Part shown: positions 51,226 to 63,494 of the stretch, piece after piece
Numbering within the stretch: position 1 is the first letter of the stretch
How the letters are laid out: every line of letters starts with the position of its first letter
DNA from: Squalus acanthias
Taxonomy: Eukaryota
Assembly: GCA_030390025.1 (NCBI GenBank)
Contig: CM059431.1
Location: forward strand, 135,100,001 to 135,164,000
Length of the DNA stretch: 64,000 nucleotides
Direction of reading: 5' to 3'
Notes under the pieces: model-generated
What the model saw: only the letters and a program-made list of their open reading frames with translations
Told to the model about the DNA's origin: nothing
Database searches by the model: none
Made by a program: the position numbers and the translations under genes

Positions 51226-51840
51226 TAAGGGAAAGTCTTGCTTGACTAACCTCACTGAATTCTTTGAAAAGGTAACAGTGAGAGTAGACAAGGGTAACGT
51301 AGTAGATGTAATTTAGCTAGCTTTTCAAAAGGCCTTTGATAAGGTAACAGGTAATAGATTAATGAATAAGGTCAGAGCATATGGAAGTCAGAGGACAAGT
51401 AGCAGAATGGATAACTAGCTGGCTTCATGACAGAAAGCAGAGAGTAGGGGTAAAGGAGGAAAGGGAGTACAAATACACAAATCACTAAAAGTAGCGATGC
51501 AGGTTAATAAGGCCATAAAAAAGCAAACCAGGCACTAGGGTTTATTTCTAGAGGGATTGAATTGAAAAGTAGCGAAGTTAGTCTAAACTTGTATCGAACC
51601 TTGGTTAGACCACACTTGAATATTGTGTACAGTTCTGGTCGCCATATTATAAAAAGCATATAGAGGCACTGGAGAGGGTGCAAAAAAGATTTAGAAGGAT
51701 GATCCCAGAAATGCAAGGTTATACCTATCAGGAAAGGATGAACAGGCTGGGTCTCTTTTCTCTTGAAATGAGAAGGCTGAGGAGTGACTTAATAGAGGTC
51801 TTTAAAATTATGAAAGGTTTTGATAGAGTGGATACAGAGA

Positions 51841-52255
51841 AACATAGAATCTAGGAGCAGGAGTAGGCCATTCGGCCCGTCGAGCCTGCTCCACCATTCA
51901 ATACGATCATGGCTGATCATCCAAATCCAGTACCCTGTCCCTGCTTTAATCCCCACAGTACACATATCCCACCCTACCCCCGTAACCCCACGTATTTAAT
52001 TCACCCTAACATATCCCACCCTATCCCCACATATTTAATCCCCCCCTAACACTAAGGGTCAATTTATCATAGCCAAATCAACCTAACCCGCACATTTTTG
52101 GACTGTGGGAGGAAACCGGAGCACCCGGAGGAAACCCACGCAGACACGGGGAGAATGTGCAAACTCCACACAGACAGTCACCCGAGGTCAGATTCGAACC
52201 CAGGTCCCTGGCGCTGTGAGACACCAGTGCTAACCACTATGCCACCGTGTTGCCC
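51841..52255 (-). mobile_element. HE1-type V-SINE
   Basis: tRNA head (GGGCAACACGGTGGCATAGTGG; GGTTCGAATC). V-domain GTGTGGAGTTTGCACATTCTCCCCGTGTCTGCGTGGGTTTCCTCCGG. CR1-type tail. TSD AGAGA. Confidence 0.9.
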
Positions 52256-52927
52256 AGAGAGAATATTTTCACTTGTGGGGAAGAGAAAAACTAGAGGCCA
52301 TCAATATAAGATAGTCAGCAAGAAATCAAATAGGGAATTCAGAAGAAACCTCTTTTCCCAGAGTGTGGTGAGAATGTGGAACTCGCTACCACAGGGAGTG
52401 ATTGAGGCAAATAGTATAGATGCATTTAAGGGGAGACTAGACAAGCATATGAGGGAGATGGGAATGGAGTGTTATGCTAATAGAGTTAGATGAGGAAGGA
52501 TGGGAGAAGACTCGAGTGAAGCATTAACGGTGGCATGGACCTGTTGGGCCGAATGGCCTGCTTCTGTGCTGTATATTCTATATAATTCTATGTAGTTCTG
52601 GTGAATGAAGTGGGGCAAGTGGAGCATTTTTCAGTGGGGGAGCATTTATGAAACAGTGATCACAATATCATTAGGTTTAAAGTAATTATGGATAAGGATA
52701 AGGAAAAATCAAATGTGAAAATACTCAACTGGATGGGAACAAATTTCAGAGAGTTGAAATGGGATCTGGCCTCATGTGGATTAGAATCAAAGATTGGCAG
52801 GCAAACCAGTAAATGAGCTTTGGGAGGCCTTCAAAGAGGAGATAGTGCGGGTACAGACTAGACACATTCCCGCGGGGGGAACAGAAGGGCATCCAAACCT
52901 AGAGCTCCCTGGATGACTAAAGATTAA

Positions 52928-53614
52928 GGCCTGGAATTTTCACTTGATTGCGCTGTTTTTATCGGGGCAGTTACCCCAATATTAGCATAACCGCCGCAAA
53001 AGATTGCAGAATTTTAAACGCAAATTGCGTTCCGCGCCTCTCAAGTTTCTGCAGTCTTTAGCGTTAGGTTTCAAGACATCCGCTCGAAGCAGTCCCTGCC
53101 CACAAAACTGACCAGCCCACATTGGGAGTTCCGCTAATTGTGCTCGTTTGCAAGCCTTCGAGAAGGCTCCTAAAATTAAGCTGGATATTTTGGGTGCAAC
53201 AACACTAATAGGTACGTTTTGAATAAAATGCTTTTTAAAATTTACTAAGGAATTGGCTACTGTACCCTAATCTCACTAGAAAATAGTTTTGTTTATTTTT
53301 TAAAAGTCATTTTCAGTCATTTAAAATTGGGTTACTCACAGGTGGTAGATTAACATTGATTTAAAAAGCTTATTTTTTGTTATAAACCCATTTTCAGCTT
53401 TATTAATCAAACTTTATCAAGTTACCACTCTTAAATATATGAAGGAATACATTGTAAAGCCCGATTGCGCTGGGTCATGGCAGATTTTGTATTCGGCGAT
53501 ATGCAAATTAATTTGTTTGGTAACTCAGAAGAAAAAAAACTTTTCAAAACGGGAGTAATTTTGGGCGCAATTTGCGCCGGAATCACCGATTGCGGACAAA
53601 GTGGAAACTCTACC
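52928..53614. mobile_element. Harbinger-type MITE
   Basis: Imperfect TIRs GGCCTGGAATTTTCACTT / AAGTGGAAACTCTACC. The host CR1 resumes afterwards. AT-rich core. Confidence 0.6.
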
Positions 53615-53662
53615 TGATAGAAATTAAAATGAAACAAAAAAGGAGGCTTATGATAAATACAA

Positions 53663-53825
53663 AAGCGAAATATTCCGGATGCTGGAAATTTGAAATAAAA
53701 ACAGAAAATGCTGAAGATCAGGTCAGGCAGCATCTGTGGAGAGAGAAGCAGAGTTAATGTTTCAGGTCTTAACAATTAAAACCTGTTACACTTCTAACTT
53801 TTTCCAGTTCTGATGTAAGGTCGTC
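53663..53825 (-). mobile_element. Short Penelope-like terminal remnant
   Basis: Matches 48583-48715. Confidence 0.75.
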
Positions 53826-53829
53826 GAGA

Positions 53830-54385
53830 GCGAGGTCGCACATTGGTTCTGCTGCAGAGGACTCAGATGAGGACTTTGATGGGCCAGGCTACAGAAAAAG
53901 GCTGATGGGAGTACACACCCAAATGCTTGGTGCATTTTGAAGCCTGCCTTCAATGTCAAGGGGCATGGAGGAGTCCGGCAGCAACTTGGCACAGGGCATT
54001 GCACAGAGCTTGGAGCCCATCCTGTGCAGCATAGAAGTGGTGGCTACCTCCATCAGCACACTTGTGGAACCAACCGTTATGCAGCGTCTGATGACTGATG
54101 TCTCAGCTTCCATTGCAGCACAAGCAGTAGCCACCCAATGTCTGAGTGCTGCAGTGTAAGCTCAGACTGCTGCCATCATGGCTCTGGATACCAGTGTTCA
54201 AAGGGGCTTCCAGGGCGTCACAGCAGTCCAGCAATCTGTTGGATGGGGAGCAGGCAGCCAATCTGCTCCCAGGAGACGGGTCACTTATTTAAATATTTTA
54301 ATGGGGCTGCATGCCTCAGATTTTATCTATGTGTCAGGCTTAATGCGGGCCTTGGGAAATCTGGCAGCTAAAGGGAGGCGAGGAG
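53830..54385 (+). mobile_element. Harbinger fragment (Myb/SANT gene last-exon part)
   Basis: MSRGMEESGSNLAQGIAQSLEPI..IAAQAVATQCLSA is homologous to the minus ORF 44766-45536. Confidence 0.7.
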
Positions 54386-54399
54386 TCATAGAGTCATAG

Positions 54400-55213
54400 A
54401 GTTGGAGGCGGGCCTGCTGCTTGTTGGGTCCCGCCTCCATCATCTTCTGGCCAACCAGTGGGATTTTCCCCTGATTGACCTTGTTAAGTCCGCCCTGCGG
54501 GCTCAGCAGGCCAATTAGGGGGGAGGTCACTGACAGAGCACGTCAACGTCTGACGTGCTATCTGTCAAGACTTCTTGAAAGAAGAAATGTCAGCGTTTGA
54601 CAGCTGTGAAGCTGTCAAACGCTGACATTCTCTGTAGCTTGATGAGTCCTTGTGTTTAGGACTCATCAAACCTTTCAACTTTGTAGATTTCAGATGACTG
54701 TTGGTTCGGAGGATCCAACAGCCAGTCTGTAAAATCGACAAGGAAGATGTCGGGACTCCCGATCCAGGGTGGATGAAGGTTGTAGGGAGAAACCAAGGTA
54801 AGTGAACATTTTTTAACACTTAACACTCACCTTACATGCTTACTGCTCCACACTTGCACCCATCACTCACCTCTACATCTTACTTTCAGGTCCCTCCAAC
54901 CCTCGCAGACCTCCTTCACGTCTCCTCCAACCCGGCGGGGTTCTCCGAGGTCGGGAAGTCTTCACCTAAAAAGATAAAATGGCACTAATCCTTTTTTTCT
55001 GCCTGTTAATTACCTGTTAACGGGCAGTTAAAAGGATTTAATCCCTTTCCCGCCTCCAGGAGACAGGACCCGAAGCAGCACATCTTCCCGCCTCCTGGCA
55101 AAAGGGCATGGAGGCGGGATGGGGCCAGTTTTGCCATCCGCCCCCACTTTCTGCTACTTTACTGGCAGTCCCGCCTCCATACCCGCCTCCTCGGGGCTGA
55201 GAAAATCCAGCCC
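54400..55213. mobile_element. Harbinger-derived MITE related to 23779-24611
   Basis: Shares GATTGACCTTGTTAAG.CCGCC..GCGGGCTCAGCAGGCCAATTA and the TGTCA palindromes. Right TIR AAAATCCAGCCC; left TIR lost. Confidence 0.8.
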
Positions 55214-55645
55214 ATAGAGTCATTATGGCACAGAAGGAGGTCCATCAAGTCCGTGCCGGCTCTCTGTAGAGCAATTCAGTCAGTCCCATTCCCCCGCTCT
55301 ATCCCCGTAGCCCTGCAAGTTTATTTCCCTCAAGTGCCTATCCAACTTCCTTTTGAAATCATTGGTCGTCTCCGCTTCCACCACCCTTGACGGCAGCAAG
55401 TCCAAGGTCATTACCACTCGCTGCATAAAAAAGTTCTTCCTCACATCCCCCTGTATCTCTTGCCCAAAACCTTAAATCTGTGTCCCCTAGTCCTTGTACC
55501 AGCAACTGATGGGAACAGCCTTCTACACCTCTATCAAATCTCCCCTCAACCTTCTTTGCTCTAATGAAAACAAATCCAGCTTCTCCAACCTAACCTTATA
55601 GCTAAATCCCTCATCCCTGGAACCATTCTGGTGAATGCATTCTGG
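55214..55645 (-). mobile_element. CR1 3' fragment
   Basis: RLEKLDLFSLEQRRLRGDLIEV on the minus strand. ATAGAGTC tail repeats at 54384-54401 and 55214-55221. Confidence 0.85.
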
Positions 55646-55930
55646 ACAGATGCATGAAAGAGGTAAGTGCTTTTCCAGCACTGCTTGTGGGCCAGGAGGA
55701 GCAGGAGTGCCTCCCCCCGAACCACAAAGCAAGCCTGTTTGCCACTCCACGTGATTGGACCCTCCCCTGCGATGATTGACCCCCACACGGTCACCAAGCC
55801 CCCGCGATCATCGATGCCCCCGACCCCCCCATCTTTGCCCCAGATCTCTCCGACACCCCACGATCATCCCATGACCCTCCAAACCACGCATACTCACCAC
55901 TTCCGATCTCTACCCTGAGCAGCAGGTAAC
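55646..55930. mobile_element. MITE/Harbinger internal fragment
   Basis: C-rich CCCGATC/CCGAC repeats resembling 35700-35900. Confidence 0.4.
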
Positions 55931-56071
55931 CTAGCTACTCTAATTGTGTGAGTGCTCATTTTTTCAAGCACCTTTATTAGATGAGAAGGCAGTCTGGCCA
56001 GTCTGCCACCATAGGCAAGGGCTCGATGGGCTGAATGGCCTCCTTCTGTGCTGTAACCATTCTTTGATTCA

Positions 56072-57992
56072 TTCTACTTTGATGATGATTGAGGGTAGGC
56101 TAATGGGGTGGTAATTGGCCATATTGAATTTGTCTTGCTTTTTGTGGACAGGACATACCTGGGCAATTTTCCACTTTGTCGGGTAGATGCCAGTGTTGTA
56201 GCTGTACTGGAACAACTTGGCTAGAGGCGTGGCTAGTTCTGGAGCACAAGTCTTTAGCATTAGAGCCGGGATATTGTCAGGGCCCATTGCCTTTACCGTA
56301 GCCAGTGTGCTCAGCTGTTTCTTGATATCTTGCTTCTTGGAGTGAATCGAATTGGCTGAAGACTGGCATCTGTGATGGTGGGGACCTCAGGAGAAGGCCG
56401 AGATGGATCATGCACTCGGCACTTCTGGTTGAAGATGGTTGCGAACGCTTCAGCCTTGTCTATTGCACTCACGTGCTGGGCTCCACCATCATTGAGGATG
56501 GGGATGTTCACGGAGCCTCTTCCTCCTGTTAATTGTTTAATTGCCCACCACCATTCACAACTTGATGTGGCAGGACTGCAGAGCTTTGATATGATCCATT
56601 GCTTAGCTCTGTCTATAGCATGCTGCTTCCATTGCTTAGCACGCATATAGTCCTGTATTATAGATTCCCTAGGTTGGCACCTCATTTTTAGGTATGCCTG
56701 GTGCTGCTCCTGCAATGCTCTTCTACATTCTTCATTGAATCAGGGTTGGTCACCTGGTTTGATGGTAATGGTACAGTTAGGGATATGCCGGCGATGAGGT
56801 CACAGATTGTGGTGCAGTACAATTCTGCTGCTGCTGATGACCCACAGCACCTCATGGATGCCCAGTTTTGAGCTACTAGATCTGTTCTGAATCTATCTCA
56901 ATTAGCATGGTGGTACACAACACGATGGAGGGTCTCCTCAGTGTGAGGACAGGACTTCGACTCCACAAGGACTGTGCGGTGGTCACTGCTGCTAATGATG
57001 TCATGGACAGATGCATCTGCGACAGGTAGATTAGTGAGGACGAGGTCAAGTAGGTTTTTCCCTCGTGTTGGTTCTCTCACCAGCTGCCGCAAGCACAGTC
57101 TGGCAGCTATGTCCTTCAGGACTCAGCCAGCTCGGTCAGTAGTGGTGCTACTGAGCCACTTCGGTGATAGACATTGAAGTCCCCCACCCAGAGTACATTC
57201 TGTGCCCTTGCTATCCTCAGTGCTTCCTCAGTGCTTCCTCCAAATGGTGTTCAACATGGAGGAGTACTGATTAATTAGCTGATGGAGGGTGGTAGGTGGT
57301 AATCAGCAAGAGGTTTCCTTGCCCATGGTACATAATACCATGAAATTTCATGGGATCCGGAGTCAACATTGAGGACTCCCAGGACTGCTCCCTCCCGACT
57401 GTATACCATTGTGCTGCCACCTTTTGTGGATCTGTCCTGCCGGTGGGACAGGACATACCCAGGGATGGTATGGAGTGGTCTGGGACATTGGCTGAAAGGT
57501 ATGATTCTGTGAGTATGACTATCTCGGGCTGTTGCTTGACTAGTCTGTGGGACAGCTCTCCCAATTTTGGCACAAGGCCCCGAATGTTAGTGAGGATGAT
57601 TTTGCAGGGTTGACTGGGCTGGGTGTGCCTTGCTGTGTCCGAATCCGATGCCTAGGTCGTCCGTTCAGTTTTAGTCTTAATTTACTTCTTCGTAGCAGCT
57701 TGAAACAACTGAGTGCATGCTAGGCCATCTCAGATGGCAGTTGAGAGTCAATCACATTGCTGTGGGCCTGGAGTCACAAATAGGCCAGACCTGGTTTCCT
57801 TCCCTAAAGGACAGTAGTGAACCAAATGGGTTTTCCCCACAATCTGGTAGTTTTATGGTCACCATTACTGATACTAGCTTTTGAATTCCTTATCTATTTA
57901 ATTAACTAAATTTAAAATTCCCAACTGCCATGGTGGGATCATTATTCCAGACCTCTAGGCTACTAGTCCAGTAACATAACACTATGCTACTG
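56072..57992 (-). mobile_element. 5' half (tRNA-like head, APE, RT start) of the tRNA-headed LINE family
   Basis: Homologous to 32955-34832. APE start KIILTNIRGL..IVILTESYL. Head TAGCATAGTG at ~57980-57989 on the minus strand; B box damaged. Confidence 0.9.
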
Positions 57993-58269
57993 TTGGATTT
58001 TTGAGACCCTGACATATTTAAGTATTTAGTTATCTCCATCGGTTATGCACATGGCCAGATGTGGTCAGCGATGTTTTTTGATTTTGTTGGAGGCAGTTCA
58101 TGGTGCTGGCGGGGTTGGTGACTTTAGGGGCCAGGATCTAGTTTTTCCAAATGGTTCTTATTCTTTTGATGAATGTATTTTATTTTGTATTATGCATACT
58201 TCAGTTAGTATTAATTCTTGGGCTTTTCAATGCCATAGTGAGTAAACGCATCATATTGCTGTGGTACTA

Positions 58270-58600
58270 AAGCATATAGATTAGCAAAGCACCAGCTTTG
58301 GAGCTGTTTCAGTGCTGATTTAGCTGATCTCAGTTGGCATTGTGATAGGGCAACATCAATATGATCTCCATGTTTCTGGTTGAGGGAGGGGTCCCATAGT
58401 TCAGTCTCCTGATTGCTATCCATTGCAGGGAAGTATGTGAATGTTGACATTTGATGAGAACAGAATCGGATTCAGCTGTATTGACCCCATGGTAAAATAG
58501 CCTGCAGAAGCCCACTCTCCAGACTCGTACATCAACAATGGCTTTTTGAGTGAAGTGCCAGATAACTGTTGGTGCTGATGGCACCATACCCACCATGAAT
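58270..58600 (+). mobile_element. Old degenerate SINE
   Basis: Body similar to 4610-4770. Confidence 0.45.
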
Positions 58601-60872
58601 CAGAGGAGGAATAAGGGGAGAAAATTATGAAAAATAATTCTCAAAGAGAAAAATACACTTCACTATGGCATTGATGTTGTTGGCAAAGTGTTTGGAAGTA
58701 GGCTGAACAATTAAATGCGGACATCAATTGAAACATGCCTCAGTTGGGATAAACTAAGACATTTTTTCACCTTTAGAACTCAATAGACATTTCCCTTCAT
58801 CTAAGACATGTTGATGTTTTACCAGATGAAACTCTTGTGGTTATGAAATGATGTAAATAGCTTTAATTGGAAATTAAGTTTAGGATACAGGATATAGCAT
58901 GACAGTCAGCAGAGCGAATAAAGTGAATAGGGAGAAGGAGAAGAGGGAGAATTATGATTCGGGCAAGTGATTTGTTACAGCAATAATTTGTTATTTCTCG
59001 GATCCAGTCATAAATTGGCATTTTCGCTGCTTCCAAGACTTTTTATGCAAATTTGCAGTGCTCAGGCAGCAAGTCACGCTACATGTGGTAGATGTAAAAA
59101 CCCGTGGAATGTTGAGCTACTCCAAGACAAAAATTATCAAAAAGAAGAGATCAGGATCCACCGATGGACTTAGGCTAATATAAAAGAAAAAGCACGCTAC
59201 AGCTTATTATGTGTCCCAAATTCACTTAACAGCCTGAAGGATGCTACAATGTTCAATATATCTTGACAACAACTGGAGAAATGTTAACCTCTTGGTGTTT
59301 CCAACTTCTGGGTATTTGTAGACTAATCAGAAGGAGCTGCACTTCATACATCATTAAGTGGATAAGCCCCAAGGATGAAAACATGCATATTTAAATGGTT
59401 CTTACAGTAATTAAATGCTTGATGGAAGAAAGCTCTTAATGATAATTCCTCTTACATAGATGTTCTAAATCAATGAAAGGAGAGAGAGTGGGTCAACCTC
59501 AGACTTTATTGCCACAGCTTATTGACACTAATATTTTTTTTAAATTAAATTATTGAGAGTCAGAGAACCTCATGAGTGCTCCAGTAACAGCAACAGTAAT
59601 GCTGGTTTTGCAGTTTGATGCTTGTACTTCTTTAGACAATCAAGGTAAAGACATTGAAACACATGCACTACATATTACATCATTTTCATAATCTTTGCTG
59701 TCATTCAAAATTAACTTTTATTTCTAGGATTTTACTAAATCTGGATAATGCAGGGTGGATTATTTTATTACCTTACAATACATAAAGCATTTAGGATGGG
59801 CCACTTCAGTCAGCTGATACTTTGGATAACCTCAAGCCAACCCATTTAAATAGTTTACTACGTGTTAAAAATACATATAATCCAGAAAATAAAACCAACA
59901 TATCTATTCAGTGTAAATGCCATGGTAGATACTGTGTTTGTCTTACAAATCAGTAACAGCGCCATCCAGCTTTAGTTTAAAAAAAGCTACACAGCAGACA
60001 CTCACATACACCAAACTAGTACTGTGACTACTTGAGTTATCTAAAGGCCTTGATGGATTTGAGTGACAGTTCCAGGGCTGACACATAAATTTATGTCCAA
60101 GATTAATGATTTTGTTTAGTTCTTAGCTGGGTATCTAGATGACTGGTCTCATGAGAGCATTACTTTATACCCCAAGGAGAAAATGACTGATGTGAGTTAA
60201 TCCCTACTATGAGTTTTTTCCCCATCTGTTAGTCCATAACAAAGTGTCATTGACCGTAACTGTGGAATAACCAGTGATCTAACTGCTGCACCCTACTGGT
60301 TAAAAGGAGAAAATGTATTGTAGTGAAGGGGGAAGAAAGTGGAATAAGAGTCTTCCAATGAATTAATTGCATTACTGCAACACATTTCCTGTTCATCATA
60401 GCTGTTCTTTTGAAATTGACAGTGTTTAACTATTTTTATATATAATACAAACTACCCTAACTGTCTCAGGAGAAGGATCTTGACAACTGTCCAACAGATT
60501 TCTGATTGCCAGTTTATCTTTTGTAAGTAACAGTTTTATATTGTGTTTGATTCTGCTGCTTTGTGGAATGCACTCCCAATTCCTGAAAAATACAGTTCAA
60601 ATAATATTACTGCAATTCAAGAAAGATTTTAAAGCCTAGAGTATTGAATTAGATGTGTCTGTTGTATTCTCTTAATGATGCTTAACTTTGAGGTCTGAGC
60701 TTTTGTTTATTAAAGATTTGAAATGTTTGATGTTGATCTGATCCTCATGTGAGTTTAATAGCAATTTATCTTTGCTTTCTCTGCTGTACATGAATTACAT
60801 GACTTGCATTCAGTTTCAATTGTTTCATAAATCTTTTTAATTTGCTGTCAATGATAACATTTTGTTAACAAT

Positions 60873-60965
60873 AATAAAAACAGAAAATGCTGGAAATACT
60901 CAGAAGGTAAGGCAGCATCTGTGGAGAGAGAAACAGAGTTAACGTTTCAGGTCGATGACCTTTCG
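60873..60965 (-). mobile_element. Short Penelope-like terminal remnant
   Basis: Matches 48614-48706. Confidence 0.75.
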
Positions 60966-61803
60966 TTAACAATAGTAATTTCTTAAAGCAGTATTAAACA
61001 CTTTAGTGGAAAAATTGGGTATAGTGCCCCGAAAAAGTTAGCACCCCTACCCCATAAATTCAGTAGTAGCAGGGTGCTACTACTCAATGTCGCAGTGCTA
61101 CGTGCCACCGCGTGATTGCAGGCCTCTTCCCCTGATTAAAGGGGACTGGCCTAGCGCTGCTCACACCGGGGCCCTGCCAGACCACCTGAAATCTGTATGC
61201 TCTGGTTACCGACCCTTTTGCCACTAGAAACAGTTTCTCCTTGTTTACTCTATCAAAACCGTTCATGATTTTGAACATTTCTATCAAACCTTCTCTTAAC
61301 CTTCTCTGCTCTAAGGAGAACAACCCCAGCTTCTCCAATCCCTCCACATAACTGAAGTCCCTCATCCCTGGTACCATTCTAGTAAATCTCCTCTGCACTC
61401 TCTCCAGGGCCTTGACATCCTTCCTAAAGTGTGGTCCCTAGAATTGAAAACAATACTCCAACTGAGGCCTAGCCAGTGTTTTATAAAGGTTTAGCATAAC
61501 TTCCTTGTTTTTGTACTTAATACCTCTTTTAACAAAGCCAAGGATCCCATCTGCTGTTTTAACAGCCTTCTCAACTTGATCTGCCACCTTCAAAGATTTG
61601 CGTACATACAGCCCCAGGCCTCTCCGTTACTTCACCCTCTTAAAATTGTATAATTTTGTTTATATTGCCTCCTTATTTTTCCTACCAAAATATATCACTT
61701 CACACTTCTCTGCATTAAATTTCATCTGCCTTGTGTCTGGCCATTTCACCAGTCTGTGTATGTCCTCCTGAAGTCTGTTACTATCCTCCTCATTGTTTAC
61801 TAC

Positions 61804-61952
61804 CAACGTTCCCATTAAGCTGCACGGCTGTACAGCGGTCTGCAGGTCTGGTGCAGGCCACTAAAGGGCTTTTAAATGGAAAAAAAACGCACATACGCGG
61901 AAATGAGAATGGGCCGAGCAGCTAGTTAAAAAAAAAATGAGAGGGAATATTG
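61804..61952. mobile_element. hAT-type MITE, 149 bp
   Basis: TIRs CAACGTTCCC / GGGAATATTG. 8-bp TSD TTTACTAC / TTCACTAC. The host CR1 is contiguous across it. Confidence 0.8.
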
Positions 61953-62809
61953 TTCACTACATTTCCACGTTTCATGTCATCTGCAAGCTTTGAAATTATG
62001 CCCTATATACGCAAGTCTAGATCATTAATATATATCAAAAAAAGCACTGGTCCAGATAATGACCCCTGGGGAACACCACTCTATACTTCCCTCCAGTCTG
62101 AAAAACAGCCGTTCACCACTACTCTCTGCTTTCTGTCCCTTAGCCAATTTCGTATCCACACTGCCATTGTCCCTTTAGTCCCATGGGCTTTAATCTTGCT
62201 AACAGGTCTATTATGTGGTACCTTGTCAAACGCCTTTTGAAACTCCATATACACAACATCAACTGCACGACCCTTGTCAACTCTCTCCGTTACTTCATCA
62301 AAGAATGCAATCAAGTTAGTCAAACATGATTTGCCTTTACAAATCTGTGCTGACTTTCAATTGTTAGCCCATAATTTTCCAAATGCCAATTAATTTTATC
62401 CTGGATTATTGTCTCTAAAAGTTTCCTCACCACCGACTTTAGGCTGACTGGCCTGTAGTTGTCGGGTATATCCCCCTTCCCTTTTTAAAACAGAGGTGTA
62501 ATATTTGCAATCCTTCAGTCCTCTGGCACCACCCCCATATCTAAGGAGAATTGGAAGATTGTGGCCAGAGCCTCCGCTATTTGCACCCTTACTTCACTCA
62601 GTAATCTAGGATGCATCCCATCCAGACCGGGTGACTTTTCTCCTTTCAGGACTGCCAACCTTTTAAGTACCTCCTCTATCTATTTTTATCCTATCCAATA
62701 TCACTATTACGTCCTCCTTTACTGTTGCATTGGTAGCATCTTCTTCTCCAGTGAAGACAGATGCTATGTTATCATTTAGTACCTCAGCCATGCCCTCAGC
62801 CATCTCACG

Positions 62810-63494
62810 ATCTCTGTGGTGAGAGGTTTGCCTTTTTCAATGCATAAGTGCAGCATAGTGGGGAATTCCCCAGTGCGATCTGCTGTGATGCTAACAAAGC
62901 GTCGAAGCAGCCAATCACGTTGCAGAATTCTCACAGACAGGGAAGCAGGAAATGAGGACCTTTTTTTATGACGACTTTTTAACATTTTACAGAGAGCAAA
63001 ACAAAGGTTGGGGCTCTCACATGGGGATAAGGTAGAACCTTAAATATCATGAATAAACTTAAATTTTTAAAAAAAATTTCTTTAAAATATTAATTTTTAT
63101 CATAATGGAGAAATTTGACACTCCATAAAATTAAAATTAGTTTTTCAGGCCATAACGTTTGTTTACCAGTCAACATGCTGCTAAAACCCCAGTTACACCT
63201 AATCCAACAAGGCCTAACATTTAATGGGGTATTTAACAGCGATATTACCCCGGAAAAGTGCAAGTTTTCATCAGTTTCACTGATTTCACTGATTACAGTG
63301 ATTGCCAGCTATGGTTTTGGCAGGTGGGGTGGGGGGGCACAGCACAGTCAGTGTTGGAGCAATGAATGACTGACCGTAACTTCAGCATTTCCGCCTTTAG
63401 ATGTGCTACATCCTGAAGTTGCGGTCAGTTTCAAAGGTGTAATAACGGCGAACGCTGTTGGTTCGCCATTATTACCCATCGCAAATTCCGGCCC
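62810..63494. mobile_element. Truncated copy of the 1470-2251 MITE family
   Basis: Internal similarity to 1650-2251. Right TIR GCAAATTCCGGCCC. Confidence 0.7.

Larger units (their letters stand above)
48331..52592 (+). mobile_element. Degenerate CR1 inserted in the host CR1
   Basis: Esterase part 49130-49620, APE (GVVYRPPNS; HLGNSDHN), RT remnants, TTCTAT tail at ~52575-52592. Confidence 0.85.
40672..53660 (+). mobile_element. Fragmented CR1 (ORF1 esterase and APE part) hosting Harbinger, CR1 and MITE insertions
   Basis: Colinear pieces at 40672-41393 (esterase; CVNARSV), 48014-48330 (VVIMGDFNYPNIDW), 52593-52927 and 53615-53660. Confidence 0.8.
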
